NCBI GenBank assembly: GCA_963697335.1
Contig: CAVONQ010000018.1
Coordinates: 128,001-192,000, forward strand
Reading direction: 5' to 3'
Length of the DNA: 64,000 nucleotides
Origin: an uncultured cyanobacterium
Lineage (GTDB): Bacteria; Cyanobacteriota; Cyanobacteriia; PCC-6307; Cyanobiaceae
Shown: positions 23,982-36,548 of the stretch, in pieces
How positions within the stretch are numbered: the first letter of the stretch is position 1
Layout of the letters: every line of letters starts with the position of its first letter
Notes under the pieces: generated by a model
The model's database searches: none
What the model saw: the letters and a program-made list of their open reading frames with translations, nothing else
Told to the model about the DNA's origin: nothing
Position numbers and translations under genes: made by a program

Positions 23982-25189
23982 CCCCAGAGCACTCCCCAAC
24001 CCCAACCCCCGCCAAGCCGGCTGAGTCGGCCCTGGTGCCGCGGGCATCGTCGCTGGTGCGGGCCGGCCAGAACGCCCTCGAACAGCGGGTCCGCAGCAGC
24101 CATGAGGGCATGGTGCTGCAGCAGTCTCGCTTCATGGCGCGGGCGATCACCTGGGCCCTGATTGGCACCACGGGTTTTGCCCTGGCCTGGCTGGCCCTGG
24201 CCCAGACGGAGGAGGTGGTGATTGCTCAAGGCAAACTTGAGCCCATCGGCGACGTGCAGACAGTGCAGATGCCCGTGGGCGGCGTGCTCGACACCATGCT
24301 CGTCAAGGAGGGGGAGCGGGTGAGCAAGGGGCAGGTACTGCTGCGCCTCGACAATGAAACCACCCTGGATCGTCGCGACGGTCTGCTGGACTCGATTCGC
24401 TCCAAAGAGCAGCAGTTCGCCCTCAAGCAGCTTGAGCTGCAGCGCTATCTCGCCCTCAACGACACCGAGCAACAGGTGCTGGGGCGCAACCTCGAGCTGC
24501 AGCGGCAGGTGCTGGCCCGGCTGGAGTCGCTGCAGGCCGTGGGCGCCGTGCCCGAACTGGAATACCTGCAGCAGCGCAATCAGACCCGCGAAGTGGAGGG
24601 CGACCTGGAGAAGACCAAGGTGGACCGCCTGCGCCAGGTGGCCATCCTCAAGCAGGCCGTGTCAGAGCTGGAGGTGGAACTCTCGGAGCTGCGCAGCCGC
24701 CTGACGGAATCGAAGGTGAACATCCGCTATCAGGACGTGCGCTCCCCGGTGGACGGGGTGGTGTTCGACCTCAAGCCCACGGGCCCGGGCTTCGTGGCCC
24801 AGGGCAGCGAGCCGGTGATGAAGATCGTGCCCCTCGATGAACTTGAGGCCAAGGTGGAGATCGACAGCGCTGACATCGGCTTCGTGCGGGTGGGCAAGCC
24901 GGTGGACATCAGCATTGATTCCTTCCCCTCCTCGGATTTCGGCGTGCTGAACGGCACGCTGGCCTCGATCGGCTCTGATGCCCTGCCGCCGGAAGACCAA
25001 AAGCCCAACTACCGCTTCCCGGCGGTGATCAAGCTCCAGGATCAGCAGCTGCAGTTGAAGTCCGGCAAGGAGCTGCCGCTGCAGGTGGGGATGTCGCTGA
25101 CGGCCAACATCAAGCTGCGCAAGGTCACCTACCTGCAGCTGCTGCTGGGCGAGTTCAAGGACAAGACCGACTCTCTCAAGCGCCTCTGA
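23978..25189 (+). CDS. hlyD: HlyD family secretion membrane-fusion protein
   Basis: TM anchor, QGKLEP, VKEGERV, coiled coil, RSPVDG, LQVGMSLTANIK. Confidence 0.92.
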   Translation: MTPEHSPTPTPAKPAESALVPRASSLVRAGQNALEQRVRSSHEGMVLQQSRFMARAITWALIGTTGFALAWLALAQTEEVVIAQGKLEPIGDVQTVQMPVGGVLDTMLVKEGERVSKGQVLLRLDNETTLDRRDGLLDSIRSKEQQFALKQLELQRYLALNDTEQQVLGRNLELQRQVLARLESLQAVGAVPELEYLQQRNQTREVEGDLEKTKVDRLRQVAILKQAVSELEVELSELRSRLTESKVNIRYQDVRSPVDGVVFDLKPTGPGFVAQGSEPVMKIVPLDELEAKVEIDSADIGFVRVGKPVDISIDSFPSSDFGVLNGTLASIGSDALPPEDQKPNYRFPAVIKLQDQQLQLKSGKELPLQVGMSLTANIKLRKVTYLQLLLGEFKDKTDSLKRL

Positions 25190-25220
25190 CCCTTCGGCCC
25201 GGGTCAACGCTCTTGTCCGC

Positions 25221-26927
<1,707 letters not shown>

Positions 26928-26968
26928 CTACCGAGGCCATTCCGTTCACCCCGTACCCGTCGCCGGGG

Positions 26969-27454
26969 TCAGGCCTCCAGCAGGCTGCGCAGCATCCAGG
27001 CGGTCTTCTCATGGATCTGCAGCCGCTGGGTGAGCAGGTCGGCGGTGGGCTGGTCATTGGCCCCATCGGCGATCACGAACACACCGCGGATGGTGCGCGC
27101 CACCGCCTCATGGCCCTGCACCAGCTCGCTCACCATGGCCATGGCGGCGGGGATGCCGTCGCTCTCGGGGATGGAGGAGAGGCCGCCGTAGGTGGAGGCG
27201 CCGAAGGGGGCGGGCAGGCCGAGGGCGCGGATGCGCTCGGCGATCACGTCGAGGGCGTTCCAGAGCTCGGTGTACTGCTCCATGAACATGAGGTGCAGGG
27301 TGTTGAACATCGGCCCGGTGACGTTCCAGTGGAAGCCGTGGGTCTTGGCGTAGAGCACGGTGGTGTCCGCGAGCACGCGGCCGAGGCCCTCGGCGATCTC
27401 CAGGCGCTGGGCCTCGGGAATGCCGATGTCAATGCTGGGGGCGGTGGCAACCAT
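26969..27454 (-). CDS. dps: Dps family DNA-binding ferritin-like protein
   Basis: [31 protein letters not shown]. Confidence 0.96.
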   Translation of the reverse strand: MVATAPSIDIGIPEAQRLEIAEGLGRVLADTTVLYAKTHGFHWNVTGPMFNTLHLMFMEQYTELWNALDVIAERIRALGLPAPFGASTYGGLSSIPESDGIPAAMAMVSELVQGHEAVARTIRGVFVIADGANDQPTADLLTQRLQIHEKTAWMLRSLLEA

Positions 27455-27536
27455 GGCGGCTTATGCGAAGTAACTTCGTTTTAGCCTATTGGTTGCCGTG
27501 GGCGTTCCCAGCTCAGCGGTCAGCCTCGAGCTCGCC

Positions 27537-28523
27537 TCAGGGGCCACCGTCCAGGCAGCCCAGGTAATCGCGCACGCGGCAGCGGTTCTGGGGCTGGCGC
27601 AGCTTCAACAGGGCCCGCGACTCGATCTGACGCACCCGTTCGCGGGAGAGCCGCAGCTGCTCGCCGATCTCGGCCAGGGTGCGGGGGGTGTCGTCGTCGA
27701 GCCCGAAGCGCTGGCGGATCACCGTGGCTTCCCGGCCGCTCAGCTGCTCCAGCAGCGCCTCCAGATCGGCATGCAACTGCTGGCGGGTGAGGGCCTGCTC
27801 CGGGGTGGCGTGGCTGTCTTCCAGCAGATCCACCAGGGGCGTGTCGGCCTGGCCGCCCACCCGACCCTCCAGGGACACGGGCCGTGGGATGTGGGTGAGG
27901 GTGCTGCGCAGCCGCGCCACATCGAGCCCCACGGCGGCCGCCAGCTCCTCAAGGCTGGGGGCGCGGCCCAGCTCCAGGGTCAGCTGGTGCTGGCTGGTGC
28001 GGATCCTGTTGAGGCTCTCGGTGATGTGCACCGGCAGCCGGATCGTGCGGCCCTGGCTGGCCAGGGCCCGGGTGATGCCCTGGCGGATCCACCAGTAGGC
28101 GTAGGTGCTGAAGCGGAAGCCCCGGCGTGGATCGAAGCGCTCCACGGCCCGCTCCAGCCCGAGGGTGCCCTCCTGGATCAGATCCAGCAGTTCAAGGCCC
28201 CGGCGCTGGTATTTCTTGGCCACGGCTACCACCAGCCGCAGGTTGGCCTGCAGCATGCGCTCCTTGGCCCGGTTGCCGCGGCGCAGGGCCTGGCGCAGAT
28301 CGGCCGGGCTCAGGCCGCAGCGCTCAGCCCAGCCCTCCAGAACACCGTCGCCCTTGTGGCCCAGGAGCTGCTCGCTCTCCTGCACCTGGCGGGCCAGCAG
28401 GATCTCTTCCTCCTGGCTCAACAGGCTGACGCGGCCGATTTCCTGCAGGTAGAGCCGGATCGGGTCGTTGGTGGCCTTGGCTTGGGTCAAGGACGGCGCT
28501 CGGATCCCCACCACCGTTGTCAC
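27537..28523 (-). CDS. RNA polymerase sigma factor, RpoD/SigA family (group 2)
   Basis: DPIRLYLQEIG, ANLRLVV, DLIQEG, FSTYAYWWIRQ, region 4 SRERVRQIE; no region 1.1. Confidence 0.93.
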   Translation of the reverse strand: MTTVVGIRAPSLTQAKATNDPIRLYLQEIGRVSLLSQEEEILLARQVQESEQLLGHKGDGVLEGWAERCGLSPADLRQALRRGNRAKERMLQANLRLVVAVAKKYQRRGLELLDLIQEGTLGLERAVERFDPRRGFRFSTYAYWWIRQGITRALASQGRTIRLPVHITESLNRIRTSQHQLTLELGRAPSLEELAAAVGLDVARLRSTLTHIPRPVSLEGRVGGQADTPLVDLLEDSHATPEQALTRQQLHADLEALLEQLSGREATVIRQRFGLDDDTPRTLAEIGEQLRLSRERVRQIESRALLKLRQPQNRCRVRDYLGCLDGGP

Positions 28524-28627
28524 AGGGGCGGCCTGGCTCCAGGATTCGGCTGCTTTGCTTCCGATTTGCGGCTGATCTGCAGCCGATCTGCTGCTCCGGA
28601 GCCCGGATCAGCACGCCGCCAGCTGGA

Positions 28628-30463
28628 TCAGCCCGCCGCCTCGGCCTCCTCCTCCACCCAGGTGCTGGCCACATGCAGCTCCTGCAGCTGCTGGGCGGCC
28701 ACCCCGGCGGGTGCCTGGGTCATCAGGCAGCGGGCCTGCTGGGTTTTCGGGAAGGCGATGGTGTCGCGGATCGACTCCTCACCTGCCAGCAGCATCACGA
28801 TGCGGTCGATGCCGTAGGCCAGGCCGCCGTGGGGCGGGGCGCCCAGGTCGAGGGCCTCCATCAGGAAGCCGAACTGGCGCTCGGCCTCCTCCAGGGGCAG
28901 GCCGATGGTCTGCAGCACCTGGCGCTGCAGGGCGGAATCATGAATGCGCAGGGAGCCGCCGCCCAGCTCCAGGCCATTGAGCACCAGGTCGTAGGCCTGG
29001 GCGCGCGCGCCGGGCAGGGTGTCGGCCCAGGCGGCGGGGTCGTCGCCGAGGTCGGCGCTGTTGGGAGCGCAGAAAGGGTGGTGCAGCGCCTCGAGGCGGT
29101 TCTCGCCGGCGTTGAACTCGAACATCGGGAAGTCCACCACCCAGAGGAAGTTCCAGCTGCTGTTGTCCCGCTCGGCCGGCACCAGGCCCAGCTCGCGGGC
29201 CAGGAACTGGCGCACCCGATCGAGGGCCTTGTTCACCGTGGCGGTGTCGCCGGCGCCGAACAGCAGCAAGGTGCCGGGCTCGGCGCCGCTGCGCGCCAGC
29301 AGCTCGGCCTTGACCTCCGCCGAGAGGTTGTCCTTGATGGCGCCGATCGTGTCGATCTCGCCGCCCTCGCGCACGCGAATGAAGGCCAGCCCGCCGGCGC
29401 CGGCCTTCTGCGCTTCGCTGAACACATCACCGCCGGGCTTGATGCGCACGTTGCTGATGGCGTCGTTGCCGCCGGGTACGGCGATGCACTTCACGGCGCC
29501 GCCGGCGGCCACGGCGCCGGAGAACACCTTGAAGCCCATGCCGGCCACCAGGTCGGACACATTGGTGAGTTCCATCCCGTAGCGGGTGTCCGGCCGGTCG
29601 GTGCCGAAGCGCTCCATGGCCTGATGCCAGGTGAGGCGCGGGAAGGGCCGGGGCAGCTCGACGCCCTTGACGGCCTGCCAGATGGCGCTGATCAGGGCCT
29701 CGTTGAGCTCCAGGATCTGCTCCTGGTTCATGAAGCTCATCTCGATGTCCAGCTGGGTGAACTCCGGCTGGCGGTCGGCCCTGAGGTCTTCGTCGCGGAA
29801 GCAGCGGGCCACCTGGTAGTAGCGCTCGATGCCGCCCACCATCAGCAGCTGCTTGAACAGCTGGGGCGACTGGGGCAGGGCGAACCACTCGCCGCCGCAC
29901 ACCCGCGACGGCACCAGGTAGTCACGGGCCCCTTCCGGGGTGGAGCGGGTGAGCACGGGGGTTTCCACCTCGATGAAGCCCTGCTCCTCCAGGAAGCGGC
30001 GGGCGGCCTGGATCGTGCGGGCCCGCAGGCGCAGGTTGCCGTTCATGCGCTCGCGGCGCAGGTCGAGGTAGCGGTGGCGCAGGCGCAGCTCCTCGCGGGT
30101 GTTCTCCTCGTCGTGCACCGACACGGGGAAGGGCAGGTTGCCCTTGACGCTGTTCAGCACGGTGATCCCGCCGGCCAGCACCTCGAGGCTGCCGGTGGCC
30201 AGCTTGGTGTTGATCGACTCGGGCGGCCGCTGCCGCACCCGGCCGCTCACCTGGATCACGGTCTCGTTGCGGAGGTGCTCGGCCACGGCGAAGGCCTCAG
30301 CCCCCAGGTCGGGGTCCACGGTGATCTGCACCGTGCCGCTGCGGTCGCGCAGGTCGATGAAGATCACGCCGCCGTGGTCGCGGCGCCGGTCCACCCAGCC
30401 GCAGAGCTGCACCTCCAGGCCGCTGACGTTCTGGAGCAGGTCGCCGCACCCGTGGCTGCGCAT
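28628..30463 (-). CDS. aspS: aspartate--tRNA ligase
   Basis: [44 protein letters not shown]. Confidence 0.99.
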   Translation of the reverse strand: MRSHGCGDLLQNVSGLEVQLCGWVDRRRDHGGVIFIDLRDRSGTVQITVDPDLGAEAFAVAEHLRNETVIQVSGRVRQRPPESINTKLATGSLEVLAGGITVLNSVKGNLPFPVSVHDEENTREELRLRHRYLDLRRERMNGNLRLRARTIQAARRFLEEQGFIEVETPVLTRSTPEGARDYLVPSRVCGGEWFALPQSPQLFKQLLMVGGIERYYQVARCFRDEDLRADRQPEFTQLDIEMSFMNQEQILELNEALISAIWQAVKGVELPRPFPRLTWHQAMERFGTDRPDTRYGMELTNVSDLVAGMGFKVFSGAVAAGGAVKCIAVPGGNDAISNVRIKPGGDVFSEAQKAGAGGLAFIRVREGGEIDTIGAIKDNLSAEVKAELLARSGAEPGTLLLFGAGDTATVNKALDRVRQFLARELGLVPAERDNSSWNFLWVVDFPMFEFNAGENRLEALHHPFCAPNSADLGDDPAAWADTLPGARAQAYDLVLNGLELGGGSLRIHDSALQRQVLQTIGLPLEEAERQFGFLMEALDLGAPPHGGLAYGIDRIVMLLAGEESIRDTIAFPKTQQARCLMTQAPAGVAAQQLQELHVASTWVEEEAEAAG

Positions 30464-30579
30464 GCCGAAGATCCCTGAGCAATCGGCGATTTTCCCATCC
30501 GGTGGGGCTGCCCCTGCCTGCTGCAGCCGGCGCCGCCCGGATGGGCCAGCATGCAGGGGGCTTGCTGCGTTGCTGCTCC

Positions 30580-30801
30580 ATGCACTTTCCCGGTTCGCTG
30601 GATGCGCTCAAGGCCCACGTGGCCGCCCTGGACCTTCCGGGCCACTGGAGCCACGAGGGGGTGTTTGAGGTGTTTCGGCTCGAAGCCGGCGAGATGATCA
30701 ACTTCTGGCCGGCCTCGGGCGAACTCCAGGTGAAGGGCCACCCTGAACGCTCCGCCGCGCTGCTGGCCCAGCTCACCGCCCAGTTCGGCAGCGGTGCCTA
30801 G
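30580..30801 (+). CDS. small hypothetical protein
   Basis: 73 aa [11 protein letters not shown]...GELQVKG; fills the gap between aspS and gcvT with host-like codon use. Confidence 0.6.
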   Translation: MHFPGSLDALKAHVAALDLPGHWSHEGVFEVFRLEAGEMINFWPASGELQVKGHPERSAALLAQLTAQFGSGA

Positions 30802-31913
30802 CGCCGGTAGAAGGGCCGCTTCACCACCAGGGCCGGTTCGGCCTTGCCGCGGATCTCCACGGCCAGCTCGGTGCCGGGGCGGGCGGCGTCCGCGGGCACG
30901 TAGGCCAGGGCAATCGCTTCGCCCAGGGTGGGTGACCAGGTGCCGCTGGTGATCTCCCCCACTGGCTCGCCGTGCCGCAGCACCGGGTAGCCGTGGCGGG
31001 CGATGGCGCGGCCCTGCAGCTTCAGGCCCACCAGGCGGCGGCTCACCCCGGAGGCGCTCTGGCGCTCCAGCGCCTCGCGGCCCACGAAGGGTTTCGGCAT
31101 CTCCAGGTGCACGAGCCAGCCCAGGCCTGCCTCCAGGGGACTGGTGGCGCTGTCCATCTCCTGGCCGTAGAGGTGCATGGCGGCCTCCAGCCGCAGGGTG
31201 TCGCGGGCGCCGAGGCCGCAGGGGGTGACGCCGCTCTCCAGCAGCTGCTGCCAGAGGGCCGGGCCGACTTCGCCGGGCACCAGCAGCTCAAAGCCGTCTT
31301 CGCCGGTGTAGCCGGTGCGCCCCACGAAGGCGGTGCAGCCCGCCAGGTTCAGCTCCCGGTGGCCGAAGCGGGGCAGGCTGGCCAGGCTGGTGCCGCTCAG
31401 GGCCTCCAGCCGCGCCTGGGCCTCCGGGCCCTGCAGGGCCAGCAGCACGCCATCGCCCTTGCGGTCGCTGATGCTGATGCCCTGGGGTTCAAGCTGGCTG
31501 CGGATCCAGGCGGTGTCCTCAGCGGCGCAGGCGGCGTTGATCACCAGCACCAGCTCGTCGCAGGTCTCAGCGGCGGCGTCAGCCTGGCGGCCCCGGTCGT
31601 AGACGATCAGGTCGTCCCGGATGCCGCCGGCCTCGTTGAGCAGCACCGTGTAGCAGGCCTCGCCAGGACCGATGCGGAACAGGTCGGTGGGCACGAGGCC
31701 CTGCAGGGCATCCTTGGCGCCGTCACCGCGCAGGGTGAGCACGCCCATGTGGGAGATGTCGAACACCCCGCAGCGCTGCCGCACCGCCTGGTGTTCGGCC
31801 ACCAGCCCCGAGAACTGCACGGGCATCTCCCAGCCGGCGAACGGCACCAGCCGGCCCCCCGCAGCCTGAATCACGGCGTGGAGAGGGGTGCGCAGCAGAT
31901 CCACCAGGAGCAC
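30798..31913 (-). CDS. gcvT: glycine cleavage system aminomethyltransferase T
   Basis: FAGWEMPVQF, FDISHMG, RTGYTGEDGFE, GLGARDTLRLEA. Confidence 0.98.
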   Translation of the reverse strand: MLLVDLLRTPLHAVIQAAGGRLVPFAGWEMPVQFSGLVAEHQAVRQRCGVFDISHMGVLTLRGDGAKDALQGLVPTDLFRIGPGEACYTVLLNEAGGIRDDLIVYDRGRQADAAAETCDELVLVINAACAAEDTAWIRSQLEPQGISISDRKGDGVLLALQGPEAQARLEALSGTSLASLPRFGHRELNLAGCTAFVGRTGYTGEDGFELLVPGEVGPALWQQLLESGVTPCGLGARDTLRLEAAMHLYGQEMDSATSPLEAGLGWLVHLEMPKPFVGREALERQSASGVSRRLVGLKLQGRAIARHGYPVLRHGEPVGEITSGTWSPTLGEAIALAYVPADAARPGTELAVEIRGKAEPALVVKRPFYRR

Positions 31914-32171
31914 AGCGGGGCCTTGAGGTTATGGCCGCACTTCTGCAGCCTGGCGGTGCAGCAGCCCAGCTCCGAAGACAATCCGAAGATTCGGGTACCA
32001 CCTCGGCCGGCCAGGCCCAATGTCACTAACTTTGTAGCCACAAGAAATTCCCTTGATGGGTCATCGTCCCAGCTGCCGCAGTTGCCGCCATTGCGTCTCC
32101 TCCCCTGGAGCCGCTGCGGGTTGGTGCCATCTGAGGCGGCTGGCGATCCATTCCACCTACTCCTCCGAGCT

Positions 32172-32415
32172 GTGGTGCCATCACTGGACGGCCCGGCCAC
32201 CGCGACTGCCCCTTGGTGACCCTCAGGATCAAGGGGCTGATGCGAACGCCGATCTCAACGTTCTGGCTCCCGCTGATCTGGCTGTGTCATGCCTGGCGGT
32301 GGATGGGGGCTCAGTCGACGCCACGGATTTCGGCGATGACTCAACGTTCGGCGATGCCGCGATGTTCAGCACCAGCCAGCAGCTCAGCCTCGAAGCCCTG
32401 CTGCCACAATTCTGA
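32172..32415 (+). CDS. acidic hypothetical protein, probably frameshifted at the C run near 32210
   Basis: GTG-started PSLDGPATATA stops at 32219. The adjacent frame continues as coding-like LGDPQDQ...SLEALLPQF. Confidence 0.35.
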
Positions 32416-32528
32416 ACGAAATCGAAAGATCGTTCAGCTGAGCACATCCGGCTGCCTTCGACACCCCCTTGATGTTGGGGAGACGATCAAGATGGGTTGT
32501 TTCACTCCGCTATTCGCTGGCCACGCCG

Positions 32529-32927
32529 TTGATCGCAACCGCTCCTCAAACCGCCCCGATTGCCCTGATGGCGGCCCATGCCGACTGTGAGGTGGTAACC
32601 CTGCCCACGGGAGCCAAGGTGTACGGCGCCGGGGCGCCGGCTGATTCCATCTATGGCGTGCGCCGCGGCATCGTGGAGGTGCAGGGACCGTCCGGAGAGC
32701 GGCTCAGCTACCGGCCGGGGGAGATGTTCAGCTACCAGGACATCGTGTGGGGCGACGGCATCCACCGCAGTGATGCCCTGGCCCGCACGCCGGTGGAGAT
32801 CCTGCGGCTGGACCGCCTGGGCTTCCTCAACCTGCTGCACAACCACCCCACCCTGGCGGTGCAGCTGATCGGCCAGCAGCACCAGCGCCTGCGGGAGCAG
32901 CGCACCAGCGGCACCTGCTGCTACTGA
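32529..32927 (+). CDS. stand-alone cyclic nucleotide-binding domain protein
   Basis: VYGAGAPADSIY.V.RG.V...PGEMF...ALART; no HTH; ends GTCCY. TTG start inferred. Confidence 0.8.
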   Translation: MIATAPQTAPIALMAAHADCEVVTLPTGAKVYGAGAPADSIYGVRRGIVEVQGPSGERLSYRPGEMFSYQDIVWGDGIHRSDALARTPVEILRLDRLGFLNLLHNHPTLAVQLIGQQHQRLREQRTSGTCCY

Positions 32928-33784
32928 GCACCCAGCAGCAACAGCAGGCTGCGGGTCACCTTGGCGGCGAGCACGCTGCTGACGCCGCTGGGGTCGAGCT
33001 GGGGGGCCAGTTCCACCACGTCGGCGCCCACCAGCTGGTGGTGGCGCAGCTCCTCCACCAAGGCGGCGAAATCGGGCCAGTGGAAGCCGCCCGGTTCGGG
33101 GGTGCCGGTGCCGGCCATCACCCCCGGATCAAACCAGTCGAGGTCAACGGTGAGGTAGAGGGGCCGGCCGCGCAGGGGGCGCAGGGCCTCGGCCATCCGC
33201 TCGATCGCCACCAGCCGGCCGCTGCTGCTGAGCTCCCTGAACTCCTCCCTGGTGCCGCTGCGGATGGCGATCTGCAGCAGCTCGCCGCTGGGCAGCACCT
33301 CCAGGCAGCGACGCATGGCGCAGGCATGGCTGTGGCGGGCGCCCAGCCACTCCTGGCGCAGGTCGGCGTGGGCATCGAGCTGCACCAGAGCCAGCTCTGG
33401 GTGCTGCTGGGCCACGGCCGCCACGGCGCCCGAGCTGATCGAGTGTTCACCGCCCAGCATCAGGGGCCTGAGCCCCAGGTGGAGCACGGCTTCGGTGGCC
33501 CGGCGCACGGCGGCCACCACCGGCTCAGGGTTGCCGAAGGGAATCTCCACCGCCCCCAGATCGGCGAAGGCGAGATCCTCCAGATCCAGGTGGAGCTGGG
33601 GGCAATAGGATTCCAGGCCGCTGCTCACCTCCCGGATCGCCGCCGGCCCGAAGCGGGTGCCGGGGCGAAACGAGGTGGTGCCGTCGTAGGGCACGCCGAA
33701 CAGGCCGACGCGGCAGCCGGCCGGATCACGGCGGCTCGCCATGTAGATGGCGCCGTCGGTGTCAAAGAGGGGGAGAGGGGCCAT
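32921..33784 (-). CDS. speB: agmatinase
   Basis: GGEHS, DAHAD, DLDWFDP, GTGTPEPGG ureohydrolase motifs. Confidence 0.95.
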   Translation of the reverse strand: MAPLPLFDTDGAIYMASRRDPAGCRVGLFGVPYDGTTSFRPGTRFGPAAIREVSSGLESYCPQLHLDLEDLAFADLGAVEIPFGNPEPVVAAVRRATEAVLHLGLRPLMLGGEHSISSGAVAAVAQQHPELALVQLDAHADLRQEWLGARHSHACAMRRCLEVLPSGELLQIAIRSGTREEFRELSSSGRLVAIERMAEALRPLRGRPLYLTVDLDWFDPGVMAGTGTPEPGGFHWPDFAALVEELRHHQLVGADVVELAPQLDPSGVSSVLAAKVTRSLLLLLGAQ

Positions 33785-33795
33785 GGGGGCAGGGT

Positions 33796-34647
33796 TCAGG
33801 CGTTGAGGGCCCGCTCGATCGCCGCCGGTACCGCCTCGAAGGCGCCGCGTTGCCAGCGGGGGCTCCAGATCTCACAACCATCGACCACGGCCGCGGCACG
33901 GGAGGCATCCGGCTGCAGATAGCGACGGCCGTCGATGGCGGCAAAGGTCCAGCTCCACCAGCCGCTCGGGTACATCGGCACCCAGCCATAGAGGGGATCG
34001 GCATGGCCGAACACCTGGCGCAGCACCTGCACCATCTCCAGGTGCACCGCGCGGAAGGCCTCCGGCGATTCGCTCTGGGTGGCGAACACCCCCCCGGGCC
34101 GCAGGATGCGGCGGCAGTGCTGGAAGAAGGTGCGGTTGAACAGCCCCTCGGCCGGGCCGGCGGGGTCGGAGCCGTCCACGATCACCACGTCGTAGCTGGC
34201 GTCCGGGGCGGACGCGGCCCAGGCGATGCCATCGCCCACGGTGAGCTGGAAGCGGGGGTCATCCCAGCAACCGCCGCCGAGGCTGGGCAGGTGCTCGCGG
34301 CTCCAGGCCACCACCTGGCCATCGATCTCCACCATGTCGAGCTGGCCCACGCCGGGGTGGCGCAGGCACTCGCGGGCGGTGCCGCCGTCGCCGCCGCCGA
34401 TCACCAGCACCCGTTCCAGGCTCCGGGCTGCGCAGAGGGCCGGATGCACCAGGGCTTCGTGGTAGTGCCGTTCCTGGCGCTCGGCCGTCATCCAGCAGCC
34501 ATCGAGCAGCAGGCCCTTGCCGTAGCGCTCGCTCTCGATGATCGTGATGCGCTGGTAAGGCGAATCGGCTTCGGCGATCACCCGGCCAGCCAGGCCATAG
34601 CGCACACCGTCGTAGACCTCGTCGATCCAGCCGGGGGAGGGAGCCAT
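33796..34647 (-). CDS. speE: spermidine synthase
   Basis: [30 protein letters not shown]. Confidence 0.95.
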   Translation of the reverse strand: MAPSPGWIDEVYDGVRYGLAGRVIAEADSPYQRITIIESERYGKGLLLDGCWMTAERQERHYHEALVHPALCAARSLERVLVIGGGDGGTARECLRHPGVGQLDMVEIDGQVVAWSREHLPSLGGGCWDDPRFQLTVGDGIAWAASAPDASYDVVIVDGSDPAGPAEGLFNRTFFQHCRRILRPGGVFATQSESPEAFRAVHLEMVQVLRQVFGHADPLYGWVPMYPSGWWSWTFAAIDGRRYLQPDASRAAAVVDGCEIWSPRWQRGAFEAVPAAIERALNA

Positions 34648-34724
34648 GGCGGCGGGGCGTGCTGCGCAGAGGTCCTCCGTACGCTTGCACAGAGCACCCC
34701 CCGCAACCATGGCAGGCTCAGACC

Positions 34725-35177
34725 ATGGCCAGCGACCAGCCCGGCGGTGATCTGCGCGTGACGCCGGCGGTGCTGATTCCGGCGACGGAGCTGCGCTGGC
34801 GCTTCTCGCGCTCCTCGGGCCCGGGGGGACAGAACGTGAACAGCACCGATTCGCGGGTGGAGCTGGTGTTTGACCTGGCGGACTCCCAGGCGCTGCCGGC
34901 GGCGCTGCGGGCGCGGGCGCTGCGGCGGCTGGAGGGGCGGCTGGTGGAGGGTGCCCTGGTGGTGGCGGCCAGTGAGCACCGCTCCCAGTGGCAGAACAGG
35001 GTGGCGGCCCAGCGGCGCCTGGTGGCGCAGTTGCAGGAGGCGCTGCGGCCGCCGCCGCCGCCCCGGCGCCCCACCCGGCCCAGCCGCGGTTCGGTGGAGC
35101 GGCGGCTGGCGGCGAAGAAGCAGCGGGGGGCGATCAAGCTGCGGCGCCAGGGCCGCCCGAACCTGCCGGAGGAGTAG
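34725..35177 (+). CDS. arfB: alternative ribosome rescue peptidyl-tRNA hydrolase
   Basis: [14 protein letters not shown] and a basic C-terminal tail. Confidence 0.93.
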   Translation: MASDQPGGDLRVTPAVLIPATELRWRFSRSSGPGGQNVNSTDSRVELVFDLADSQALPAALRARALRRLEGRLVEGALVVAASEHRSQWQNRVAAQRRLVAQLQEALRPPPPPRRPTRPSRGSVERRLAAKKQRGAIKLRRQGRPNLPEE

Positions 35178-36003
35178 CTGAGGGCGCTTGGGCGGCTGCC
35201 GCCTCGGCCCGGATCGCCGCCTTGGCCTGCTGCCACAGCCCCTCCAGCTCACGGATGCCTCGTCCGCCCAGGTCGCCGCCCAGGGCGGCTTCGACCCGCG
35301 AGAAACGATCCAGGAAGCGGTGGTTGGTGCCGGCCAGGCCGGTTTCGGGGTCGATGCCGCACCAGCGGGCCACGTTCACCAGGGTGAACAACACATCGCC
35401 CAGCTCCTCCTGGGCATGGGCCCGGTCGCCGCTGGCCACGGCTTCCTTGAGCTCGTCGAGCTCCTCGTGCACCTTCTCCCACACGCCGCTGAGGTCGTCC
35501 CACTCGAAGCCGGCGGCGGCGGCCTGCTTGGAGATGGCCATGGCACCGGCCAGGGCCGGCTGGCTGCGCACCTTGGGGCCGAGCCGCTCGCTCACCGGGC
35601 TGGCCGACTGCTGCGGCCGTTCGGCCGCCTTGATCGCGACCCAGCTGGCCCGCACGGCGGCGCTGTCTTCCGCCTCGGCGCCGGCGAACACGTGGGGGTG
35701 GCGGCGGATCAGCTTGGCGCTGAGGCCCCGGGCGATCGCCTCCAGATCAAAGCGCCCCGCCTCCCTGGCGATCTGGGCGTGCAGCACCACCTGCAGCAGC
35801 AGGTCCCCCAGCTCCTCGCTGAGGTGGTCGTCATCGCCGTGGCGGATGGCATCGGCCACCTCGTGGGCCTCCTCCAGCACGTAGGGCAGCAGGGAGGCGT
35901 GGGTCTGCTCCAGGTCCCAGGGGCAGCCGCCGGCGGGATCGCTCAGCCGGGCCACCACGGCGATCAGCTCGGCCAGGGCCGTGAGGGCGGGGTCGGCGGG
36001 CAT
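35134..36003 (-). CDS. mazG: nucleoside triphosphate pyrophosphohydrolase
   Basis: GCPWDLEQT, EEAHE, EELGDLL, KLIRRHPHVF and a second EELGD. Confidence 0.96.
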   Translation of the reverse strand: MPADPALTALAELIAVVARLSDPAGGCPWDLEQTHASLLPYVLEEAHEVADAIRHGDDDHLSEELGDLLLQVVLHAQIAREAGRFDLEAIARGLSAKLIRRHPHVFAGAEAEDSAAVRASWVAIKAAERPQQSASPVSERLGPKVRSQPALAGAMAISKQAAAAGFEWDDLSGVWEKVHEELDELKEAVASGDRAHAQEELGDVLFTLVNVARWCGIDPETGLAGTNHRFLDRFSRVEAALGGDLGGRGIRELEGLWQQAKAAIRAEAAAAQAPSATPPAGSGGPGAAA

Positions 36004-36044
36004 CGGCCTTGGCCTGGGCGAGGGGACAGGGGGCCGCCCGGGCC

Positions 36045-36548
36045 TCAGCGGCGGCGGCGGCGGCGGCGCAGCGGCCTGGGCAGCTGCGGCATCGGGTCGC
36101 CATCCTGGATCAGGTGCAGCCAGCTGCTGGCCTCCAGGGCCACCAGGGCACACACCACCAGGGGCCGCTGCCCGCGCCAGAGGCGCCCGACCCAGCCCAG
36201 CAGCTCCGCGGGCGAGGGCGCCCCGAACGGGCTGAGCAGGGCCGTCAGGCCCAGGGCCAGCAGCGCCAGGTAAGCCAGGCGGCCCGCCGTTCCCAGCAGC
36301 GGACTGTGGGACAGCAGCGAGCGGTGCGCCAGCCCCTTGCGGTAGGGCCACCAGAGCAGCTTGAGGGGGCCCCAGCGGCGGGTGGCATTGGAGCGGGTGT
36401 CGAGGTCGGGGGAGAGCAGCAGGCCGCCCACCAGGAAGCTGAGCCCGGCGGTGCCCAGCCCCGCCAGGCCCAGGGCCGGTGCCCACAGCAGCGCGAAGGG
36501 CAGGGCCAGCAGCCAGGTGGCGCGGTCGTGGCTGCGGCCGCTGGCCAT
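36045..36548 (-). CDS. membrane metal-binding protein (DUF2227-like)
   Basis: MASGRSHD, SPDLD, HRS..SH, WLHLIQD. Confidence 0.8.
   Translation of the reverse strand: MASGRSHDRATWLLALPFALLWAPALGLAGLGTAGLSFLVGGLLLSPDLDTRSNATRRWGPLKLLWWPYRKGLAHRSLLSHSPLLGTAGRLAYLALLALGLTALLSPFGAPSPAELLGWVGRLWRGQRPLVVCALVALEASSWLHLIQDGDPMPQLPRPLRRRRRRR

Noticed and set aside
31914..32170. Possible glycine riboswitch upstream of gcvT
   Set aside because: The conserved GGAGA...CCGAAG...CTCAGG core is not present in order on the minus strand.
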